This document shows positions 1 to 12,009 of a stretch of 64,000 nucleotides of DNA, one piece after another. The notes beneath the pieces are model-generated. The model was not told the DNA's origin and did no database searches. It worked only from the letters and a program-made list of their open reading frames with translations. This stretch comes from an uncultured Gemmatimonadales bacterium (GTDB lineage: Bacteria; Gemmatimonadota; Gemmatimonadetes; Gemmatimonadales; Gemmatimonadaceae), in NCBI GenBank assembly GCA_963701965.1, contig OY969695.1, positions 96,001-160,000 of the forward strand, in the 5' to 3' direction. Every line of letters begins with the position of its first letter. Within the stretch, counting starts at the first letter, position 1. The translations under genes were made by a program, and so were the position numbers.

Positions 1-112
1 GTTCAGGCGCAGCGCTTTGCGGTCGTAGTCAAAGATACCCCCGGAGGTCGACCGTGCGCTTCGTCAGGTCGGCCAGGCGGTTGCCGATGGCATTGATGTG
101 TTCGACGTCCAT
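1..112 (-). CDS. prfB: Peptide chain release factor 2, 5' part (runs off window), with programmed +1 frameshift
   Basis: Minus strand from ATG at 112 reads MDVEHINAIGNRLADLTKRTVDLRGYL*; after the +1 shift it reads DYDRKALRLN. Contains the canonical GGGGGTATCTTTGAC motif. Confidence 0.95.
28..42 (-). promoter_or_regulatory. prfB +1 ribosomal frameshift site (internal SD-like GGGGG, then CTT TGA C)
   Basis: Plus strand gtcaaagataccccc equals minus strand GGGGGTATCTTTGAC. Confidence 0.95.
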
Positions 113-124
113 GGTGTTGCTCGG

Positions 125-1076
125 TCAGGTCGCTGCGCGGAGGCGCGATTCTGACAGGAACGATTCGACCAGCGCCGCGATCTCCTCGGGCCGGTCATGG
201 TGCAGCATGTGGCCGGCCGGCGCGACGACGTGGCGGCGCACGTCGGCGACGAGGTCGAGCCGCTGGTGGAACTCGGCCTTGCTGTAGCGGTCGCCCCACC
301 AGATGCTCGGGTCGGAGCGGTCGCCCTCGACCCAGAGCAGCGGCGCCGTGATCCGCTTCCAGCATTCGAGCCATTCGTCGACCTGTGCCAGCAGCGGGCT
401 CATCCGCTTGTGATTGACGTCCGCGAGGAGGGCGCGCTCGCCGGCGGCGTCGCTGCCGGTCGGCCGCGACCAGTGCGCCGCCAGCCACTCGGCGCGGTCG
501 CCGCGCAGCAGCGGATTGGTCCTGCGCAGGCGCGCGGCGACGGCAGCGAGGTCGGGGTAGGGCTTGAGCTGCATCGGCGTCTTCAGCTGGTCGAGCCAGC
601 GCGCCGATCCGCGCCGGCGCCAACGTCGGCGGCGAGCGCGGCATGCCGAAGCCTTCGAGGTTGACCAGGCGGCGGATCTTGTCGGGACGCACGCCCGAAT
701 AGAGCATCGCGACGTTGCCGCCCATGCTGTGGCCGAGCAGGTCGATCGGACCGCGGTCGGCGCCGAAGAGCGCGTCCAGGACGAGCTCGAGGTCGCCGAG
801 GTACTCGGTGAAGTAGTAGGTGTCGACCGCCGGCGTGTCGCTTGCGCCGAAGCCGCGCCAGTCGAGCGCGAGCACGTGGCGGTCGTCGCGCAGGGCATCG
901 ACGACGAACTGGAACGACGCGGCGACGTCCATCCAGCCGTGCAGCATGACGAGCGTCGGCCGGTCGGCGCTCGCCATGGCCGGGTCGCCCCATTCGAGCA
1001 GATGCTGGCGCAGGCCGCGCGCGGCGACGTAGACGCTGCGCGCCGGCCGCCGCGGGCGATAGGGCTCTGCACTCAT
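125..1076 (-). CDS. Alpha/beta fold hydrolase (one frameshift near 600)
   Basis: MLHGWMD, DWRGFG, GHSMGG nucleophile elbow, C-terminal AGHMLHHD; split over ORFs 195..1151 and 125..1072. Confidence 0.9.
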
Positions 1077-1111
1077 CGCCTCACTGTAAGCGCGATGCCA
1101 GAATCGGCGCC

Positions 1112-1638
1112 ATGTCCGCCGTAGCCTCGCCCCCGCCGCCTTCGGGCGCAAGCTTCGCGATCCGTCCCGCCGCCCCCGGCGACGTCGCCGCGATCGTTCG
1201 CCTGATCCACGGGCTGGCCGAGTTCGAGCAGCTCAGCCACCTGGTCGAGGTCACCCCGGCCTCGCTTGCGCCGCATCTCTTCGGGCCGCGACCAGTCGCC
1301 GAGGCGATCGTCGCCGAGAGCGAAGGCCGGGTCGTCGCCTTCGCGCTCTTCTTCACCAACTTCTCGACCTTTCTCGCCCGGCCCGGCCTCTATCTCGAGG
1401 ACCTGTTCGTCGAGCCCGAGCAGCGCGGGCGTGGCATCGGCCAAGGCTTGCTCGCGCATCTCGCCCGGCTCGCCGCGACGCGCGGCTGCGGCCGCTTCGA
1501 GTGGAGCGTGCTCGACTGGAACGCCGGCGCGATCCGCTTCTACGAGCGCATGGGCGCGACGGTGATGCCGGACTGGCGCATCTGCCGCATCGCCGGCCGG
1601 CGCTCGGCCGCGTTCGCCGGACCGGCGCGCGTGGCTGA
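1112..1638 (+). CDS. GNAT family N-acetyltransferase (SSAT/diamine acetyltransferase-like)
   Basis: FALFFTNFSTFLARPGLYLEDLFV, RGRGIG acetyl-CoA motif, EWSVLDWN..AIRFYE. 3' end approximate. Confidence 0.88.
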
Positions 1639-3319
1639 GCGCGCGACGCGCTACGCCGAGGCTGCACGCCGGCTTTCGCTGGCACGTGCCGGCCGCTTCA
1701 ACATCGCCGAGGTCTGCTGCACGCGCTGGGCGCGCGAACGGCCCGACGCGGTCGCGATCCGCTTCGAGGACGAGCGCGGCGCGCGCAGCGACTTCAGCTA
1801 CGGCGAGCTCGATCGCGCCGCCGACCGGCTCGCGGCCGCGCTGCGCGGCCTCGGCGTCGGTCGCGGCGACCGCGTCGCGCTGGTCCTGCCGCAGCGCTTC
1901 GAGACCGCGGTCGCGCACATCGCGCTCTATCGCCTCGGCGCGGTCGCGATGCCGCTGTCGATGCTGTTCGGCCCCGACGCGCTCGAGTACCGCATCAACG
2001 ACAGCGAGGCGCGGCTGGCGATCGTCGACGAGAGCGGCATCGCCAACGTCGTCGCGGCGCGGCCGCTGCTGTCCGAAGCTCGCGACGGTGATCGCCGTCG
2101 GCAAGGCCGAAGGGCAGGGCGACGTCGACTGGTCGCGCGCGCTCGCCAGCGCGAGCGGCGGCGCTCGCTGCCGCGAAGACGCGCGCCGACGATGCCGCCG
2201 TGCTGATCTACACCAGCGGCACGACCGGCCCGCCGAAGGGCACGCTGATCCCGCACCGCGCGCTGATCGGCAACCTGCCCGGGTTCGTCTGCAGCCAGAA
2301 CTGGTTCTCCGCAGGACGACGCGCGTGTTCTGGTCGCCCGGCCGACTGGGCCTGGACCGGCGGGCTTGATGGATGCGCTCCTGCCGACGCTCTACTTCGG
2401 CCGCGAGATCGTCGCCCTGCAGCGCCGCTTCGCGCCCGAGCTCGCGTTCGAGGTGATGGCGCGCCACCGCGTCACCCACACCTTCCTCTTTCCGACCGCG
2501 CTGAAGGCGATGATGAAGGCGGTGCCGGCGCCGCGCGAGCGCTTCGACGCTTTCGCTGCGCGCGATCATGAGCGCCGGCGAGGCGGTCGGCGACGCCGTC
2601 TTCGCCTGGTGCCGCGACCAGCTCGGCATCGTCCCGAACGAGATGTTCGGCCAGACCGAGATCAACTACATCGTCGGCAACTGCGCCGTGCGCTGGCCGG
2701 CGCGCGCCGGCAGCATGGGCCGGCCCTACCCGGGCCACCGCGTCGCCGTGATCGACGACGACGGCCGCGAGTGCCCGCGCGGCACGCCCGGCGACGTCGC
2801 CCTGCACCGGCGCGACGTCCACGGCGACCGCGATCCGATCTTCTTCCTCGGCTACTGGAAGCGCGACGACGCGACCCGCGCCAAGTTCACCGGCGACCCC
2901 GACGACAGCTGGTGCCGCACCGGCGACACCGCGGTCATGGACGACGACGGCTACCTCTGGTACCAGGGCCGCAGCGACGACGTCTTCAAGGCCGCCGGCT
3001 ATCGCATCGGCCCGAGCGAGATCGAGAACTGCCTGGTCAAGCACGCGGCGGTCGCGAACGCCGCCGTCGTCCCCAAGCCCGATGCCGAGCGCGGCGCGCT
3101 GGTCAAGGCCTTCGTCGTCCTCGCGCCCGGGTTCGCGCGCGTCGCCCGAGCTCGCCGAGCGAGCTGCAGGCGCACGTGCGCGGCAAGCTCGCGCCCTACG
3201 AGTACCCGAAGGAGATCGAGTTCATCGACGCCTTGCCGATGACCACGACCGGCAAGGTGCAGCGGCGCGTGCTGCGCCTGCGCGAGGAGGAAAAAGCAAA
3301 GGCGCCGCGGTCGCTGTGA
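1631..3319 (+). CDS. Acyl-CoA synthetase / AMP-binding protein (several frameshifts)
   Basis: YTSGTTGPPKG, EMFGQTE, RTGD, GYRIGPSEIE, LPMTTTGK motifs distributed over successive frames. Confidence 0.9.
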
Positions 3320-3353
3320 CCGGCGGCGCCTCGGCGGGGCGAGGGCGGGCTGC

Positions 3354-3789
3354 TTACTTGACCTGGCCGCGGATCTCGCCGCCGGGGTTGGCCGCGGTGT
3401 GCAGGTTGATGTACCACATGCCCGACTTGAGCTGGTCGACCTGGGCCGAGGTCAGCGTCGCCGAGCCGATGATCGGGCTGGCGAGCGGGCCGGCGAACGG
3501 CACCACGACACCGGCGTTCGAGCCGGCCGGTGCCGGGCCGTGGAAGTGGCCGGCGGTGACCGGACCGGTCATTCCCGAATAGTTGACGGTCCACTTGACG
3601 ACGTTGCCGTCGAGCTCGACCTTGGCGCTGCCCGAGCCGGAGCTCGCGTTCGGCGGCACTTCGTTGCTCGGCCGAGAGCGGCACGGTCATCGCGCCGGCC
3701 ATCTTGTTGTCGGACATCATGCCGCAGCCGGCGAAGGCGAACGCAGCGGCGGCGGCAAGGGTACCCAAGGCGAAACGGCGAGCGATCAT
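3354..3789 (-). CDS. CHRD domain lipoprotein (one frameshift)
   Basis: Lipobox-like FAGC signal; AGHFHGPA and YINLHTAANPGGEIRGQ CHRD signature. Confidence 0.88.
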
Positions 3790-3893
3790 CGGTTGTCTCC
3801 TGATGTTGAGGCGGCCACGACGGCGCGAGATGGCGCCGTTCGTGTCCTGGCGGGCGATGATAGAGCGTTCTCCGCCGCTCCGCCTGCCACGCG

Positions 3894-4869
3894 ATGCCCT
3901 TCAACCTGTCGCAGCTCATCGGCCTCTTGCGCGCCGCCATCGGCAGCGTGGCTCGACGACTACGCGCCGAGCATGGGCGCGGCGCTCGCCTACTACACGC
4001 TGTTCTCGATCGCGCCGCTGCTGCTGATCGTCATCTCGATCGCCGGTCTCGTCTTCGGCCCCGACGCGGCGCGCGGCGAGATCTTCGCCGAGCTGCGCGA
4101 GCTGATGGGCGAAGCCGGCGCGGCGACCGTGCAGAGCCTGCTGCAGAACGTCAACAGGCCGGCCCAGGGCGTGCTCGGCACGGTCGTCGGCGGCGCGGTG
4201 CTGCTGATCGGCGCGATGTCGGTGTTCGGCGAGCTGCAGAACTCGCTCGACCGCATCTGGCGCGCGCCGCACCGCGCCGATCCCGGGCTCTGGGCGCTGG
4301 TCCGCTCGCGCCTGCTGTCGTTCGGGATGGTCCTGGGCGTCGGCTTCCTGCTGATCGTCTCGCTCGTCGCGAGCGCCGGCGTCGCGGCGCTGGCCAAGTT
4401 CACCGGCCATCTGATGGGGCCGTGGGCGCTCCTCGTCGAGCTCCTCAACTTCGGCGTCACGTTCGCCTTCGTCACCGCGACCTTCGCGATGATCTACAAG
4501 ATCATCCCGCACGTGCGCATCGGTTGGGCCGACGTCTGGCTCGGTGCCGGCGTGACGGCGCTGCTGTTCGCGGTCGGCAAGTCGCTGATCGGCCTGTACC
4601 TCGGCCGGAGCAGCTTCGCCTCGGGCTTCGGCGCCGCCGGATCGCTGATCCTGCTCTTGGTGTGGATGTACTACTCGGCGCAGATCTTCCTGCTCGGCGC
4701 GGAGTTCACGCGCGTCTATGCCCGCACCTTCGGCTCGCTGCGCGATTCGCCGCAGGGTCTCGCGGCGGCGCCCGGCGCCGACGCGCCCGCGGCAAGCGAA
4801 GCCGTCGAGCGTTCGCGCCACGTCCTCGCCGAGGCGCTGCGCCGGCGCCGCGGCGGCCGCCGCAAGTGA
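3894..4869 (+). CDS. YihY/virulence factor BrkB family membrane protein
   Basis: MGAALAYYTLFSIAP, ELQNSLDRIW, GAAGSLILLLVWMYYSAQIFLLGAEF; frameshift near the start. Confidence 0.9.
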
Positions 4870-4904
4870 TCGGTTGGCGCGGCGATGCGGATATCCTCGA
4901 GCGA

Positions 4905-6212
4905 ATGAAGCGGCCGAACATCGTCTTCATCGTCGCCGACGACCTCGGCTTCGCCGACCTCGGCTGCTACGGCGGCCGGGTGCCGGTCTCGCCGGTGCTC
5001 GACCGGCTCGCCGCGAGCGGCCTGCGCCTGACCCAGGGCTACGCCAATTCGCCGGTCTGCTCGCCGACCCGATTCGCGCTCATGACCGGGCGCTACCAGT
5101 ACCGCCTGCGCGGCGCCGCCGAGGAGCCGATCAACAGCAGGAGCCGCGGCAGCGCGACGCTCGGCCTGCCGCCCGATCATCCGACGCTGCCGTCGCTGCT
5201 CAAGGACGCCGGCTACCGCACCGCGCTCGCCGGCAAGTGGCACCTCGGCTATCCGCCCGCGTTCAGCCCGCTGCGCTCGGGCTACGACGAATTTTTCGGG
5301 CCGATGTCGGGCGGAGTCGACTACTTCAGCCACTGCGACTCGCGCGGCACACATGACCTCTGGCAGGGCGAGGCCGAGCACCGCGAGGACGGCTATCTCA
5401 CCGACCTGATCTCGCGTCGCGCGGTCGACTTCATCGAGCGCGCGGCGACGAAGAACGGCGCGCCGTTCTTCCTCAGCGTCCACTACACCGCGCCGCACTG
5501 GCCGTGGGAAACGCGCGACGACGCCGCGCTCGCCGCCGAGGTCAAGGACAACCTGTTCCACCTGCACGGCGGCAATATCCACACCTACCGCCGCATGATC
5601 GGCCAGATGGACGAAGGCATCGGCTGGATCATGGCGGCGCTCGTCGCCAAGGGCGTCGCCGACGACACGCTCGTCGTCTTCACGAGCGACAACGGCGGCG
5701 AGCGCTTCAGCGACAACTGGCCGCTGGTCGGCGGCAAGATGGATCTCACCGAGGGCGGGATCCGCGTGCCCTGGATCGCCCACTGGCCGGCGCGCATCGG
5801 CGCCGGCGCGACCAGCGAGCAGCTGTGCATGACGATGGACTGGACGACGACGATGCTCGACGCCGCCGGCGTCGCCGCCGATCCGGCGTATCCGCTCGAC
5901 GGCGTCTCGCTGATGCGAGTCCTCGCCGATCCGGGCGCGACTTTCGAGCGGCCGTTGCACTGGCGCATGAACCATCGCGGCCAGCGCGCGCTGCGCCGCG
6001 GCGCCTGGAAGTATCTGCGCGTCGACGAGCACGACTACCTCTTCGACCTGAGCGCCGACGAGCGCGAGCGCGCCAACCGCGGCGGTCGCGAGCCGGCGCG
6101 GCTGGCGGCGCTGCGCGCCGACTGGGAGACGTGGAACGCCACCATGCCGCCGATCCCGCCCGACGCGACCGTCAGTCTCGGCTACGGCGCCAAGGACATG
6201 CCGCAACGCTGA
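4905..6212 (+). CDS. Sulfatase (formylglycine-dependent, Cys type)
   Basis: PNIVFIVADDLG, CSPTR motif, GKWHLG, FTSDNGG, EGGIRVP. Confidence 0.93.
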   Translation: MKRPNIVFIVADDLGFADLGCYGGRVPVSPVLDRLAASGLRLTQGYANSPVCSPTRFALMTGRYQYRLRGAAEEPINSRSRGSATLGLPPDHPTLPSLLKDAGYRTALAGKWHLGYPPAFSPLRSGYDEFFGPMSGGVDYFSHCDSRGTHDLWQGEAEHREDGYLTDLISRRAVDFIERAATKNGAPFFLSVHYTAPHWPWETRDDAALAAEVKDNLFHLHGGNIHTYRRMIGQMDEGIGWIMAALVAKGVADDTLVVFTSDNGGERFSDNWPLVGGKMDLTEGGIRVPWIAHWPARIGAGATSEQLCMTMDWTTTMLDAAGVAADPAYPLDGVSLMRVLADPGATFERPLHWRMNHRGQRALRRGAWKYLRVDEHDYLFDLSADERERANRGGREPARLAALRADWETWNATMPPIPPDATVSLGYGAKDMPQR

Positions 6213-6224
6213 ACGGAAACGGCG

Positions 6225-6674
6225 ATGAGCGACGGGCAGGGCGATTCGGCCGATCCGCACGACCTGCAGCGCTTCGTCGAAGCGCAGGCGGCGGTCTACG
6301 CGCAGGCGCGCGACGAGCTCGCGCGCGGTCGGAAGCAAAGCCACTGGATGTGGTTCGTCTTTCCGCAGCTGAAGGAGCTCGGCCGCAGCGCGACGGCGCG
6401 CCGCTACGGCATCGCCTCGCGCGCCGAGGCCGTCGCCTACCTCGCCCACCCGCTGCTCGGCGCGCGCCTGGTCGAGTGCACGAGGCTGATGCTCGCGGTC
6501 GAGGGCCGGAGCGCGCTCGATGTCCTCGGCCCGCCCGACGATCTCAAGTTCTGCTCGTCGATGACCTTGTTCGCCGCCGTCGCCGGGCCGGCTTCGGTCT
6601 TCGTTCAGGCGCTCGAGCGATTCTTCGCTGGCGTCGCCGATGCCCGAACCCTGGCACTGCTCGCCGCGTCCTGA
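6225..6674 (+). CDS. DUF1810 domain protein
   Basis: DLQRFVEAQ, GRKQSHWMWFVFPQ, DDLKFCSSMTLF. Confidence 0.88.
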   Translation: MSDGQGDSADPHDLQRFVEAQAAVYAQARDELARGRKQSHWMWFVFPQLKELGRSATARRYGIASRAEAVAYLAHPLLGARLVECTRLMLAVEGRSALDVLGPPDDLKFCSSMTLFAAVAGPASVFVQALERFFAGVADARTLALLAAS

Positions 6675-6748
6675 TGCGGCGAGCGCCTACAGACGAACAA
6701 CCGGTCGGTGTCCATGCTGTCCGGCTTCGATCACGAAAAGGAAACGCC

Positions 6749-7267
6749 ATGGGACTCCTCGACATCCTCAAGCAGTACGCCGATCCGACCGGCGTCCAGC
6801 CCGATCGCGTCGGCGGGCACTTCGACGAGGTCGCGCAGCAGAGCAATCCGAACGACCTCGGCGACGGCGTCGCCGCCGCGTTCCGCTCCGACGCGACGCC
6901 GCCGTTCGGGCAGATGGTCGGCGACCTGTTCGGCCGCTCCGATCCGCAGCAGCGCGCGGGCATCCTGAACCAGATCCTGCAGTCGGTCGGCCCGAGCGTG
7001 CTCGCGGGACTCGGCGGCGGCGTGCTCGGCCGCGTCCTCGGCGGCGGCGCGGCTCCCGCCGGTGCGGCGCCGACGATCACGCCGGAACAGGCGTCGCAGG
7101 TCTCGCCCGCCGATGCCGCCGCGATTGCCGCGCACGCCGAGCAGCACGATGGCTCGATCGTCGACAAGGCGGGCGCGTTCTACGCCCAGCATCCGGCGCT
7201 GGTGAAGTCGCTCGGCGCGGCGGCGCTGGCGATCGTTCTCGGCCGCATGCACAGCGGCCCGCGCTGA
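6749..7267 (+). CDS. Hypothetical protein (Gly/Ala-rich)
   Basis: AAGGAA SD before MGLLDILKQYA; normal GC3-rich codon pattern. Confidence 0.75.
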   Translation: MGLLDILKQYADPTGVQPDRVGGHFDEVAQQSNPNDLGDGVAAAFRSDATPPFGQMVGDLFGRSDPQQRAGILNQILQSVGPSVLAGLGGGVLGRVLGGGAAPAGAAPTITPEQASQVSPADAAAIAAHAEQHDGSIVDKAGAFYAQHPALVKSLGAAALAIVLGRMHSGPR

Positions 7268-7290
7268 GGGCGGCCGCGCCGGCGCGCGGC

Positions 7291-8282
7291 TCAGGCGGTG
7301 CGCAGCATGCTGATGTGCTCGGTGCCGCTCTCCGGCAGCCAGACCTCGCCCGGGCGGCCGAGGATCTGGCGCACGCCGGCGGCCTCGTTGGCGAGCGCGA
7401 AGCGCTCGAAGGTCTCGCTGCCGGGATCGAAGCGGACGATCGCGTTGCTGCCCCAGTCGCTCAGCCACACCATGTCGCGCTCGTCGACGTAGACCGCGTA
7501 GGGACGCGGCGACGTGCCCGGCAGGCGCCAGGTGCGCCAGCTCGCCTTGGCCGGGTCGTACATCGAGACGTTGCCGCTCACCCATTCGCTCACCCAGACG
7601 CGCGACTTGCTGTCGCTCCAGACGCGACGCGCTCCCTGCTTGGGCGTCGGCGGCTCGACGATCGTCGAGTCGCCGCTGGCGCGATCGATCCGGGCGATGA
7701 ACGAGCCGGCGAGCGAGCACCACCAGACGTCGCCGCGCGGCGTCGTGCAGATGCCGTAGGGCCCGTTGCCGCGCGGCGCTTCCTTGACGCTGACCTGGCC
7801 GCTCCTGACGGCGAGCTTGCCGACGAAGCCGCACTGACCGGTGAACCAGAGGTCGCCGTCGCCATCGAAGGTCGCCGTGTTGAGGTTGGCCGAGCGCGCG
7901 CTCGCGGGCAGCGGGAAGGTTCTGCACCGTGCGGTCGGGCCAGCCGACGCGGACGATCGCGTTCAGGCCGCCGTCGGTCAGCCACGCCGCCTTGTCGGGT
8001 CCCTGGATCACGCCGTGCGGCGCCGAGCCGTTGCCGAGGGCGACCAGATCGACGCGTCCGGTCTGCGGATCGAACCAGCCGAGATGGCCGCTGCGCTGCG
8101 CCGTGAACCAGACGCCGCCGTCGGGGGCGGGTGCGACGTCGTGGATGCCGGTGAGCTGCGGCGTCGCCAGCGGCCAGCTGCGCAGGCGCGGCGGCTTCGC
8201 CGTGGCCGATGCCGGGCCAGCCCGCGGCGACGGCGCCCGAGGCGAGCAGCGCCAGCGCTTCGCGTCGCGATCGATTGCCCAT
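7291..8282 (-). CDS. Vgb (virginiamycin B lyase)-like beta-propeller protein with Tat-like signal (frameshifted)
   Basis: SRREALALL N-terminus; repeated propeller motifs (IHDVAPAPDGGVWF, PHGVIQGPD, GPYGIC, VWLSDWGSN, VWLPESG). Confidence 0.8.
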
Positions 8283-8381
8283 GACGTGCCTCCGCGAGTT
8301 TCGTGGCCGCGGCCACCGCCGGCACACTATATTCAACGCCGATGAAGCACGCTGTCTTCCGGCTCTTTTCGACACGAGCCC

Positions 8382-11250
8382 TTGCATGACCCGTTGGCGT
8401 CGCCGGTTCCCGGCGCCACGGTCGAGGTGAAGACCACCACGTGCTACATGTGCGCCTGCCGCTGCGGCATCCGCGTCCACCTGCGCGACGGCGAGCTGCG
8501 CTACATCGACGGCAACCCGAACCACCCGATCAACAAGGGCGTGATCTGCGCCAAGGGCGCCTCGGGAATCATGAAGCAGTCGTCGCCGGCGCGCCTGACG
8601 CGGCCGCTGCTGCGCAAGGCCGGCAGCGAGCGCGGCGCCGGCGAGTTCGAGCCGATCTCGTGGGAGCGCGCGTTCGAGATCCTCGAGACGCGCCTGGCGA
8701 AGATCCGCGCCAGCGATCCGAAGCGGTTCGCGCTCTTCACCGGGCCGCGACCAGATGCAGGCGCTGACGAGCATGTTCGCGCGCCAGTTCGGCACGCCGA
8801 ACTACGCCGCGCACGGCGGCTTCTGCTCGGTCAACATGGCCGCCGGAATGATCTACACGATCGGCGGCAGCTTCTGGGAATTCGGCGGCCCCGACCTCGA
8901 CCGCGCCAAGCTGTTCGTGATGATCGGCACCGCCGAGGACCACCACTCGAACCCGCTCAAGATCGCGATCGCCAAGTTCAAGCGCGGCGGCGGCCGCTTC
9001 ATCTCGATCAACCCGGTGCGCACCGGCTACTCGGCGATCGCCGACGAGTGGATCCCGATCCGGCCGGGCACCGACGGCGCGCTCTTCATGGCGCTGCTGC
9101 ACGAGCTGATCGCGAGCGACCTGATCGACCACGCGTTTCTGAAGCGCTACACCAACGCGCCGCAGCTCGTCGTGCTCGATCCCGGCGAGCGCGAGGGCAT
9201 GTTCGCCCACGATCCCGATCCCGCGAAGGGTCCGCCGGGCGACGGCCGCGAGCCGCACAACAAGCTCGTCTTCGACAGCGCGTCGGCGACGATCAAGGCG
9301 GCGTATCCCGAAGGCATCGCCGACGGCTGCGACCCGGCGCTCGAAGGCCGCTATCGGCTGGCCGACGGCACGAATGTCGCGCCCTCGTTCCAGCTCCTGC
9401 GCGAGCGCGTCCAGCCGTGCACGCCCGAGTGGGCGAGCGCGATCACCGGCATCGCGCCCGAGCGCATCCGAAAGCTCGCGCGCGAGCTCGGCACGACCGC
9501 GCTGCAGCAGGCGTTCGAGCTGCCGATCGCCTGGACCGACGCCTGGGGCAAGGAGCACGCGACGACCCAGGCGCGGCCGGTCGCGTTCCACGCCATGCGC
9601 GGCCTGGCGGCGCACTCGAACGGCTTTCAGACGGTGCGCGCGCTGGCGGTGCTGATGAGCGTTCTCGGCACGATCGACCGGCCCGGCGGCTTTCGCCACA
9701 AGGCGCCTTATCCGCGCCACATCGTGCCGAACTTCCGCGCCTTCAACTCGCCCGACATGATCAAGCCGAACACGCCGCTCAACGCGGCGCCGCTCGGCTT
9801 TCCGGCGAGCCCCGACGAGCTCGCGATCGAAAGCGACGGAACGCCGATGCGCATCGACCATGCGTTCTCGTGGCAGCACCCGCTCTCGGCGCACGGCCTG
9901 ATGCACACGGTGATCACCAACGCGACCCGAGGCGATCCGTACCGGCTCGACACGCTGCTGATCTTCATGTCGAACATGGCCTGGAACTCGACCATGAACA
10001 CGGTCGCGGTGCGCGAGATGCTGAACCGCAGGAACGCCGACGGCGAGCACGAGATCCCGTTCCTGGTCGTCTGCGACGCGTTCCAGAGCGAGACCGTCGC
10101 CTTCGCCGATCTCGTCCTGCCCGACACGACCTACCTCGAGCGCCACGACGTGATGAGCATGCTCGACCGGCCGATCTCCGAGTTCGACGGCCCGGCCGAT
10201 TCGGTCCGCGTGCCGGTGATCGCGCCCACCGGCGAGTGCAAGCCGTTCCAGGAGGTGCTGGTCGAGCTGGCGTCGCGCCTGAAGCTGCCGGCGTTCACCA
10301 CCGCCGAGGGAACGCGCAAGTTCAAGGACTACCCGGACTTCGTCGTCAACTACGAGCCGCAGCCGGGGATCGGCTTTCTCATGGGCTGGCGCGGCAAGGA
10401 CGGCGATCAGCACCTGCGTGGCGCGCCGAACCCGAAGCAGTGGGAGATGTACGCTAACAACGACTGCGTCTTCCACTACCCGCTGCCCGAGACGATGCAC
10501 TACATGCGCAACTGGAACCGCGCCTATCTCGATTTCGCCAAGGACAAGGGCTGGCGGCAGAAGAACGACGTCGTCCAGCTCGCGCTCTACAGCGACACGC
10601 TGCAGACCTTTCGCCTCGCCGCGCAGGGCAAGACGGCGGGCCGTCAGCCGCCGGCGCATCTGCGCGAGCGGATCGCGACCTACTTCGATCCGCTGCCGTT
10701 CTGGTATCCGCCGCTCGAGGACGCCGCGGTCGACCTGGCGCGCTTCCCGCTCAACGCGATCACGCAGCGGCCGATGGCGATGTACCACGCGTGGGACTCG
10801 CAGAACGCCTGGCTGCGCCAGATCCACAGCCACAACTACCTGCACGTCAATCCGCGCACGGCCGAAGCGGCCGGCATCGCCGACGGCGGCTGGTGCTGGG
10901 TCGAAAGCGAATGGGGGCAGGTGCGCTGCATGGTCCGCTACAGCGAGGCGGTCGAGCCGGGAACGGTGTGGACCTGGAACGCGATCGGCAAGGCCGACGG
11001 CGCGTGGCAGCTCGCGCCCGGCGCCGACGAAGCGAGGAAGGGCTTTCTCCTCAATCACCTGATCAGCGACGAGCTGCCCTATCGGCGCGGCGGAACGATC
11101 AGCAACTCCGATCCGATCACCGGCCAGGCCGGCTGGTACGACGTCCGCGTTCGCATCCGCCCCGCCGGCGCCGACGAAGCCGAAGCGACGGCGCCCGGGT
11201 TCGCGGCGACGCCGGCGGTGCCAGGCGTCTTTGGCGCGAGGCTCGCATGA
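8382..11250 (+). CDS. soeA: Sulfite:quinone oxidoreductase molybdopterin subunit SoeA (frameshift near 8745)
   Basis: TTTCYMCACRCGI 4Fe-4S motif, no Tat signal, FHAMRGLAAHSNGFQT, TQRPMAMYHAWDSQNAWLRQI, SNSDPITGQAGWYD. Confidence 0.88.
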
Positions 11251-11982
11251 TCGAGGCCTTGAAGGCGCTGTTTCGCGCCGGACGCCGCCGAGGAGCCGAC
11301 GCCGCCGGCGAAGCAGCTCGCGCTGGTCATCGACCTCAACGTCTGCGTCGGCTGCCATGCCTGCGTGACCTCGTGCAAGGAATGGAACACGTCGGGGTCG
11401 GCGGGTCCGCTCACCGACCAGAACGCCTACGGCGCGAACCCGACCGGCACCTTCTTCAACCGCGTCCAGACCTACGAAGCCGGCGTCTTTCCCGACACCG
11501 ACACGGTCCACTTCCCGAAGAGCTGCCTGCACTGCGAGGAGCCGCCGTGCGTTCCGGTCTGCCCGACCGGCGCGAGCTACAAGAGGAAGGAAGACGGCAT
11601 CGTCCTGGTCGACTACGACAAGTGCATCGGGTGCAAGTACTGCGCCTGGGCTTGCCCGTACGGCGCGCGCGAGATCGACGAAGAGCGCCAGGTGATGACC
11701 AAGTGCACGCTCTGCGTCGACCGCATCTACGACCCGCTGCTCGCTGCCGAAGACCGAAAGCCCGCCTGCGTCAAGGCGTGCCCGACCGGCGCACGCCTGT
11801 TCGGCGACGTCAAGGATCCCGACTCCGAAGTCTCGCGCGCGATCCGCGAGCGCGGCGGCTATTCGCTGATGCCCGAATGGCAGACGTCGCCCGCAAACCA
11901 GTACCTGCCGCGGCGCATCACCGCGGCGGCCGGCGAAGCCGCGCACGAGGCGCGCGAGCTCGGCGCCGGTCGCGCCGAGTGA
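11247..11982 (+). CDS. soeB: 4Fe-4S dicluster subunit SoeB
   Basis: IDLNVCVGCHAC, SCLHCEEPPCVPVCPTGA, CIGCKYCAWACPYGA, KCTLC; ATGA overlap with soeA. Confidence 0.88.
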
Positions 11983-12009
11983 TGCCCTTGTCGTCGGCGG
12001 CGGCAGACG

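Noticed and set aside
1112..2206. Apparent GNAT/acyl-CoA synthetase fusion
   Set aside because: The junction near 1600-1700 is garbled by indels; a GTG (1631) and TGA (1636) are present, consistent with two genes.
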